In this document: piece after piece, positions 13,001-22,000 of the stretch
Position numbering within the stretch: position 1 is the first letter of the stretch
Layout of the letters: every line of letters begins with the position of its first letter
NCBI RefSeq assembly: GCF_037042905.1
Contig: NC_087247.1
Coordinates: 53,506,001-53,570,000, forward strand
From: Lytechinus pictus
Taxonomy: Eukaryota
Reading direction: 5' to 3'
Length of the DNA: 64,000 nucleotides
Notes under the pieces: model-generated
What the model was told of the DNA's origin: nothing
Seen by the model: only the letters and a program-made list of their open reading frames with translations
The model's database searches: none
Translations under genes and position numbers: made by a program

Positions 13001-16000
13001 TACATGTATCTCTAATCAGTTAGGAAATATTCCTAGTCATGTGATATGTGATCTAATTCATTAATTTTACATATTTATTGAAGCTTTGTAAGTAAAGCAA
13101 ATATTTAACAAGTGTGTGTATATGTTTTCACCTGAAAATAACATCAAGCTTCAGGCCTTTGAATTTCAAATTTCAAATTTTTATGGCAAGGCCTCTATGC
13201 CGTAGGGCCTATTTCTTGATTCAAGCACAAAGAGGGGATATTAAAAAGGGCACCAAAAATGTCAAAAGCCTTGACCTTGAGGGGATATGAAATATGTTCC
13301 CCAAAACAGAATTAAATAGTTTTGAGTCAGAGTGGTTAAATGAGGGCAATATGGTTCTTTTTAATTGTTACTGTGTACAAGCATACAGAATCGTGGGCTT
13401 GGATGAAATCAGTTGGGAATACAGATACGGATATTATGGAGAAATGATTTTGCACGAGCACAAAAAGAAAATAGCAAGTTTTGCAGAGGAAGGGGTCTGA
13501 ATATTATAGTCACTAGCCATACAACTGAGACGTAGCTGAGCCATTGTGACTTATTTTGTGTGGAGTAATCAACAGATTAATTACATGTTTATTTATATCT
13601 TGTCTCCAGAATACATTTTTCAGATAGTAATTATATAATATTGACTGGCCTGAGGGGAACATCAAATACATTGCCTGCACTAGAATCATATTGGCCAGAG
13701 TCTTTAGATGAGGGCAATAGGGTGCTTTTAAGGGCAGTATATTTTATGTTCCCAAAAGAAATGCCAGTCAATATTTTTATTTTTATCAAAATGAGACATC
13801 TAGAGCAAAAATTGTGAAAATTTAGATATGTTACCCTTTAAGAATGGGAATCTATTTAGTCATGTTGAGCAGACAAGGCCTCTGAACTTTACCATTGTGA
13901 CATAATTGAAATGATGCGTTCCTTGCCTGGGGACGCAGTATCCAGCGTTGTCTCATCTTGATTAACATTATGACGTATGGCACTGCGCGGTTCAATAGGA
14001 CGCGTATGCGGATGCGTAGAATACACGGATATAAGCTCTGCCTTTTGCCAGCTACATTTCCACAAATTTTCTCATAGATTTTCCTGAGTGGGCAAGTAAG
14101 CAGGCAATAATGTATTTAAGTTGCCCTGCTCAGATGTCTGATGCGGTTAATAATATAGATATATGGACTGCTTTGAGAGGCATGGTTGTTTCTAGAGGCT
14201 CAAGGGGACCGCAACGCGACTATGCACGAGGGCTTTGCCCGAGGGCATGGTCTGGCCGATGCGGTACCCGCGAGCCGAATTGAAACAACCATGTCTCGAA
14301 TATAAAAGCAGTCCATATATGTTTTATGAACCGAATTATTAAACATTTGATCTAACGTTAGGGGCTAGTCTATAAAGTCTAGATCTAAAAGCCCTGGCCC
14401 CAAGCTAACGTTAGGACTTAGGTCTAGGCCCTTACTTAGCCCTGACCCTGAAGTTAGGTCTCAAAGTCGAATATCATAAGCAGTTCCCGAGCAGTTCATA
14501 CCGATAGGCCCTAGATCTAGATATTTTTAGGAACCAAATTACTAATTAGGTTCTGATTCTGAATAGGGTCTAGGCTAGATCTAACGTTCAGAAATAAATC
14601 CCTATTAGAGTGTAATCTAACGTTAGATCTATAGTCGACTAAACCTACGTCCTAACGTTAGATCTAACGTTAGATCTAATAACTTCTAAGCTAACTAACG
14701 ACAATTAACATTAGATCTACCCGTCATAACGTTGTCGTTTGTCATACCTAAGGCTAAGTAACGAGTAACGTTATGTTAACCTTAGAAAGTACAGTGACCG
14801 TCTAACTTTAATCTTTTCACCCGACTCACCTTTTGCGACTGCGAGCATGCATTTGAGCGGTCTGCGACAAGACTTGATGATTGATACATCCGTTATGTCC
14901 TTAATAAGTTAGTTTTCTTTTTAATAAATGCCATATATTTTTAACTGGAATTAACAAGCAAAAGTCAAAGATCGGCATCGTTCCATCGATATGTCATATC
15001 CGTTGCGCGCACTTGCGCAATAAGCGCGTAAATGTGCGAATTGTCTAAAACTTTCGATCAAATCGCGCGGATATTTATGGTATCCGCAATCACCGCAGAA
15101 AGCAACATTTTGCATGCAATCAAATGAGGATCTCAGCCAAATTTTGCTATGCCCGTCGTTAAGGGGCGGGTCAGGGGGCAACGGGCAGAAATCTTGTTAA
15201 CTATGCCCGTTGCCCTTGGTTACCACCTTAGTTTGTTGTTTTGAAGGCATGGTCGTTTACATGACCTCAGTTTTGACCAATCAGAGGAACGGATTATTCG
15301 ACATTCTTAACGAGAGGTTTATAATAATAAATATTATTATTATTCATTTCAGGTTGAAGATCATCCAACACTGGAAGATGTCATGAAAGTAGCAGAAAGA
15401 ATGAGCAGTTACTGTCCAGGAAATGCATCACATATATTCAGATTAATCATAAAACAGCTTTGGGATGAAGATAATCATAGCAGTCTTCTGATAAGAGTGT
15501 CTGTAGGTTTGTGGCTTGATGCAGAGTTGAAGGTTTGCTCACCCCGATCTGATAAGTTTGCTGAAGACCTAGAAGGCCTCTCAGATCTGACAAATGATCC
15601 CCTCCATTTATACAACCTTGCTGACATAGTGTACAAGAAGGTAAGCGGTCAATATAATTTCAGTTCTTTATGGCTAAAAATGACATATTGGATAAAAGGC
15701 ATCATTTACTTAGAATTTTTAATGAGGATTACACAATCACAGTTGACTGTGTGTCATTTTGATTCTGTAAAAAATGAATAGAATACCAAATAGAATAAGG
15801 CATGAGCATAAATTAAAGTAGCCTTTAAAAAAATCAGGACCAGTTCTGTTTTCTAGGCTATATTTTCGTTTTAGCAGAGCGAGACTATAGGCGCCGCTTT
15901 TGGCGCCACTTTTCCGGCGGCGGCATCGTCAACTTGAAATCTAAACCTAAGGTTAAGTTTTGAAATGTCATCATTACTTAAGAAGTATGTGGGCCTAATT

Positions 16001-19000
16001 CATGAAACTTCTACATAAGTGTAATCAAGTATTACTGAACATCCTGCCCGAGTTTCAAGTCACATGAACAAGGTCAAAGATCATTTAGAGTCAATGAACT
16101 TAGATTGTGTGGGGGGATCAGAACAAAATCTTAACTGAGGTTATTTTTTTTTAAATGTCAACACTTTGAAGGCATAAGGATTTAGTTCATGAAATTTGGA
16201 TATAAGTGTAATTAAGTATCAGTGAATATCCTGCATGAGTTTATGTCACATGACCAAGGAAAAAGGTCTATTAAGGTCAATTAACTTTGGCCATCATAAT
16301 TTGAAAGTTTATGGATCTAGGTCATGAAACTTGGATATGAGAGTAATGAATTATCATTGCACATCATGTGCATGTTTTAGGTCACATGATCAAGGTCAGT
16401 TGTCATTTAGCATCAATGAACATAGTATTTTATTATCATATGAATGGTGTTTTTTGTGATTAATTATTCAATAGTGGCTTTTAAAGTCAGCACTGCTGCT
16501 ATATTGAATCATGTAATGCAGGCGAGACTGCCAGAGGCGCTCCACTTGTTGCTCTTATTTATGCCTACTGTGATATTGTTATATTTTTATAGTGTTGTAT
16601 TTCTAAGACAATTGAGTGAGGGGAGGTTTCTCACTAGGAATAACTGATTTTTTCTACATGGCCAATATCTGACCCCCCCATGATTAAGACATTAAAATAA
16701 AAAGGAAATTTCCATCTCTTTTTAATTTAGATAGTTTAGATACACTTTTGTTACTTGGAACATAACTTTAAGACAATACTTTTCACAATGTAACAGAATT
16801 TATCAACTGCATCAGATATGTAGCTTACAAATTGATGAAAGATGTGTTATAGGATTCTTTTTGGTGTTTGTTTTTATATGTAGTAGACAATTATAATATA
16901 TGTTTTAAATTATTTTTCTAAACCATAGAAGGGATTGATTGAGTTATACTTATTTGCATTTATTCTTTCTTTAGGTTGGTGAACCTGCTATTCCACCCCT
17001 GGTTTCCCTTTGTCTCAAGGCTTTGCTGGTACCAAGTGTCTCTGTTTCTGAGGATATCATCCAAGCAGCACAGATAGATTATGGAAATGCAGCTGTCTGT
17101 CTGCTGTTGTCTGAGATTTTGAAAAATGATGAGAGGATACAGCGGATGTGCCTCCTTGCTGCGTTTTTCATTGCTCCTTCACTCGATAGACTATCTGCTC
17201 TTCAGGACAGTTACCAAGACTCAAAGGAATCAAATTTTCCAAAGCTAACCTCCTATCAACAGCATGATCTTATCAGGTGCATGGACTTCTTCATACCTGT
17301 GCACGTATCGTTATCTGAAGATTGGTCATCAGTTTCAAGCACCTTAACAGGATATCTTCGGAAGAGCAAGGTAATGTGCATCTCATTGAGCAAACCATTT
17401 GGTGATGTAAGAATGCTGAAGTTTTATGATAAATCTTGGCATCCTGTTCATCAAGACTTCAAGCCATTGGGGGTGGTTAGGGTAAAGGAGGCATTCCATT
17501 CTTCAGTAAGATGCCATGAAAACATAGTGCTCTTGTCCTGCAAGCATGAACGCCAAATTGAACCCAAATCAAAGAAGAAGCGTCTTGTTGAAACAAGGAG
17601 TCTACAAGAATGTTCAGAACCTCCAAATGCTATTCCTGTGTTGGATGCTCAAACTGATCAGAAATGGTTACCCTGCTATGTGTTGGATCTCTCCCAAGAA
17701 ACATTAACAGAACAGGAATTCATTGATGATGCCAGTGATGAACCAGTGGAAGATGGGGCTTTTAGCAGAGAATCACCTGCCTCGCATAGTCCCCAACCAG
17801 TGCTAGAAATGCCATCAGTATTACCACCGGGAGGAACATCAGATATGTGTGCTCATACTGAAGAAAGGACAGATCTGCAAGAAAAGTCACAAGAATTGTT
17901 GGAAAATAATGACACAGTGTGTGTTTCAATTAACAAACAGTCCAGATCATCTGATCAAGAATCAACACTTCTAATGCATTCAAGTGTCAATGAAAGAGAA
18001 AGAAAATTGATGTTTATAAATGAGGAGGAACAATTCAACCCCCAACAGGGAGTAGAATATGGGAGATTGCATTTGAACAGAAATGACCTTGAAAATGTTG
18101 ATGATGGTATGACATTGCTTAATGATGAACTTCATGTAGATAGCCCCATACCTGTTGATAGAAGTGATAGCAGTGAGGCAGAGACTTTGAATTATGCAGA
18201 TGAACCAAAGTACATTTCTAATAGCAATGAGACTGTGAGTTTTGTTGATGAACAGGATTGTAGTTCTAATAATTTAGATGAGGAAGATGTATCATGCTAT
18301 GATGAGGAGGAGGATGAAGGTCCCCTTGATCTGAGGAAAGTAAAAACAGTTTGTATGTTGAATGGAAAAGTGGAAGAAATCAAAGATCCAAACATAATTT
18401 CTGATGAATTTGAGAACCAAGACTCATTGAATTTAAATGCCAATGATGTACATCCATGTTGTACACAGACAGAACCATTGGACCTTACCAAATCTGTAGT
18501 TCAAAGTGCTCTTACTGATAAAGCTAAGGTTGTTCTTGTGAAAGATAAGAAAGCTGAAGAACTGTTGTTAAGGAGACATTCACAGGATTTCAATGAAGAG
18601 CATGATGATTCTTATTACTTAAGACCACCAAAAGAAAGGGACAAGAATGATGAATTTCAAATGTGTAGTTTGTCATCAGATCAAGGGTTTGACCTCAGAC
18701 AAAGAAAATCACATATGAAGACTTCTGTGTGTAGTGTAAAGCTGACATGTTTCATGAAACAAAGAGCCAAGAATCAGAATCCACATAATCTACAGTTATG
18801 GAAATTCGTGGTTAAAGAGAGAGCCAAGGTTCAAGGAGATGAGAGCTATCCACATGAAGTAGATATTGATGTAAAGTCACCAGAAGAAAGTCTGACTGGT
18901 TTCTCAGGTGAAAGAGTGCTCCATATTGAAAAGTCCTCATCTGCAATGCAGGATGAACAAGATGATGTGGAGGACATACAGATTCTTCATTCAGAAACAA

Positions 19001-22000
19001 ATAGAGAATCAGGAGAAAACTGGACAGATGTGTTCAGTGAGAACAGCATCCCATGGATAGATGGACAGTTAGAACAAGATGAAGGAGAAAAAGAGCCAGA
19101 AAGTCCAGCCTGGACTGCAATAACAAGTGTCAATCTAGACAAATCTCCAGAGGATGTTTCATGTGAAGACATGACTAATATCAGAGAGCATGTTACAGAA
19201 GAAATACCTATGCTGGATTATGAACCTCAACCTTATCCTTTGAATAGGTTAAGAAATTCAGAGTTGCCAATCTTGACCCCAGAACATGGACTTGATTTAA
19301 CAGTGTTACCTTCAACAGAGGGCTCTTTGCAGACCTGTGAAAATGCAGGCATTCCTCTACTTCTTGATTGCTATGAGGAAAATCCCCATGTAAATGTGAC
19401 CACTTACCAGTATGTTGACAATGAGCAAGAAGAATATCAAGATATTGAATACCCTCAAGGTATAAATGATCTTCCTGGGAGTGCCTTTTGTGAGATTGAT
19501 GATCAAAGTTCTGCAGATCACATAGAAACAATAGAAGAAGCAGCATTTAGCAATGAGATAGAAACTTTGGTTTATATACCAGTTGAACCGCTCAATTTCC
19601 ATCAGGAAGGGCTGCCTGATAGGGAATCTGTTCATTGCACGTGTCTTCAAGGGAAAATGGAGAAGATGGCTTCCAAAGAAGATGAACATTTTAATGCCAA
19701 AGAATGGCATTGCATACAACAGAGAAAAAATGAAGATATTACAGGGAGTATTACCAATGGTATAGACATTGGCCTTGATATGCGGGACAAATCATTAGAT
19801 CACATAGCACACGGTGAAGTCTGTTTCAAGGATACCCTTGAAGGTCACTTAGATAGTCAGGATGACCATGTCGTCTTAGTGAGTACAGGAAACAAGATAG
19901 GAGATGATGAAAGAGAACATGTTGGTGCATTGTTAGACTATTCATTTGCTTCAGAAGAGCGGATAGAGATGAATAGACAGACAGAGAGTGAATCAAGCCC
20001 AGTTAATGAGATTAACTTGAGATCATTGGCTGCTTCATCAAATCTAGGAGAAAATTTAGTTGTAGATGCCAACTTGTCACTTCCTGATTTAAAAGGGATG
20101 TCCATGGAGAGACATCGCTATGACAGGCAAGATCCTAATTTGGTAGGGATAACTCGTCTTGAGGAAGGTAAACGTGTAGGGATTGTGACTAACAATGCAT
20201 TGTCAGAATCAACAGAGTACAAGACCATTGCTAATCCTTCACATCAAATTGCAGCACAACCGTTTCCTGTGGTTGAAGCTAAAGAAGTTAAATCGCCATT
20301 GCTGATACTTGAAACTAAAGCCAAAAATGATTCGTCGTCATCAAAGAAAAGAAAAGCTAGTCAAAGTAGAAATGTCTGGTCTGCATTTTCTGCTACACAG
20401 GAGTCTCCAAAGATAATGGATAATTCAAACGCTCTTAATACATCAGATCCTCTAGACCTCAGAGATGAAAAAACACAAAATGGTAATGACTGCATATTCA
20501 TCGCAGATGACTTTGAGCTTAAGAAGAAGTCCATCATTGCTGGAATCAAACTTAGGATTATGAGTCAGAAGGATAAACCTTCGGTGCCAGAAAGTGATTC
20601 AAGTACAAAAATGGAATATTTGGTTTCTTCCTCAAAGGAAGATGTCTCTTGTCAACACAGAAAGGCTCAATTTAAGAGGTCAGTCTGTTGTGTCAACATT
20701 CCATGTAGAATGGATAGGAAAAATGTCAAAGATAATCCATTTGCTCAATCTGAACAATGGAACTGCATATCAAAGACTTCGGAAAGCAAAGTGGATTCAG
20801 TGGATCACATGCAAAATACAGACCTTGAGCCTAATTCTCTTGATGAAACTAATACATCATTACATGAGAGATTATCAGACCCAAGTGCAACTGAAGGACT
20901 ATCAGAAAGTACGTTTCCTAATGGATGCAGTGAATTTAGAATCCCATGGGTAGATGGACAAGTTTCTCATGAAAATCAACCAGAATTAGACAGTCAAGCT
21001 TTACTTCCTTTGGAAAATGAAACAATACCAGATCATGAGAATATCATCACAGAAGCATATGATGTTTCATCAGATATTACAGGAGATCCTGATGTAAATG
21101 TAACCCAGCCATGTTTGGAAACGCAAGAGATATCTATGGATTATCCAGGCACAAAGGGTGTAGATTCAAGCATGCAAGGGATTACAAGTTTTCATCTGGA
21201 TCAATATGGGTGTGTTCCCTTTGATGACATGAGAGAAGTAGAAAATCAAACAGAACACATAATGGTACAGAATTCCTTACAACTCAATGAAGTACAATCC
21301 AACTATATGGATGAAGATGCAGTAGTCCAGGTTTTGAATGAGGAACAAGCTGCAGGAGCAGAAAATTGTTATACACCTCTGAGCATGGTGATCAGTGACA
21401 AGTCATTTAGTAACTCTTCATGCAGAGATAAAGACACCCCTCAACCAGTGGATTCTTGTGAAAAAGAGTTTTGTAGTGATGAAATAACTTGTCAGGAGGT
21501 AAGATGTGAGCATCCTAGGAGTAAAGACGTGATCTGTTACAAAGATGATATGGATTATTCAATGGAAACCACTGATTTCAGCATTGAAAATTCATGCTCT
21601 GAAGAGAGGGAAACAGTCCTAGAAGGTAAGATGGGAAATGTGGAAGACAGTCACCTATCAAGAAAGAGACACTTCAAGCAGTCTGTTTCCTGTATCAGTA
21701 TCCCATGTAACATAGATAGAAATAATGCCACAGTGAGTCCTCGAGCTGAAGCATGGTTCAGAAATATAGAAAGCAGAGATTCAAAGAAGTGTGAATACAT
21801 TGCAGAAGACATCATTCCTGTTGTAGAAGTTAATGCAGCTGATTGCGTCAATGTATCAACAAGTGATACATTTTCAACTGAAGCCAATGGAAGTGCTTCA
21901 ACCCACCAGGTGAAAGGGCTATATCTTGAAGCACCTGAGTTATCAATTCAACATCTCTGTTCCACAACAGATAGTCTTTTGTTGCCAGGAGAAGATGTAA

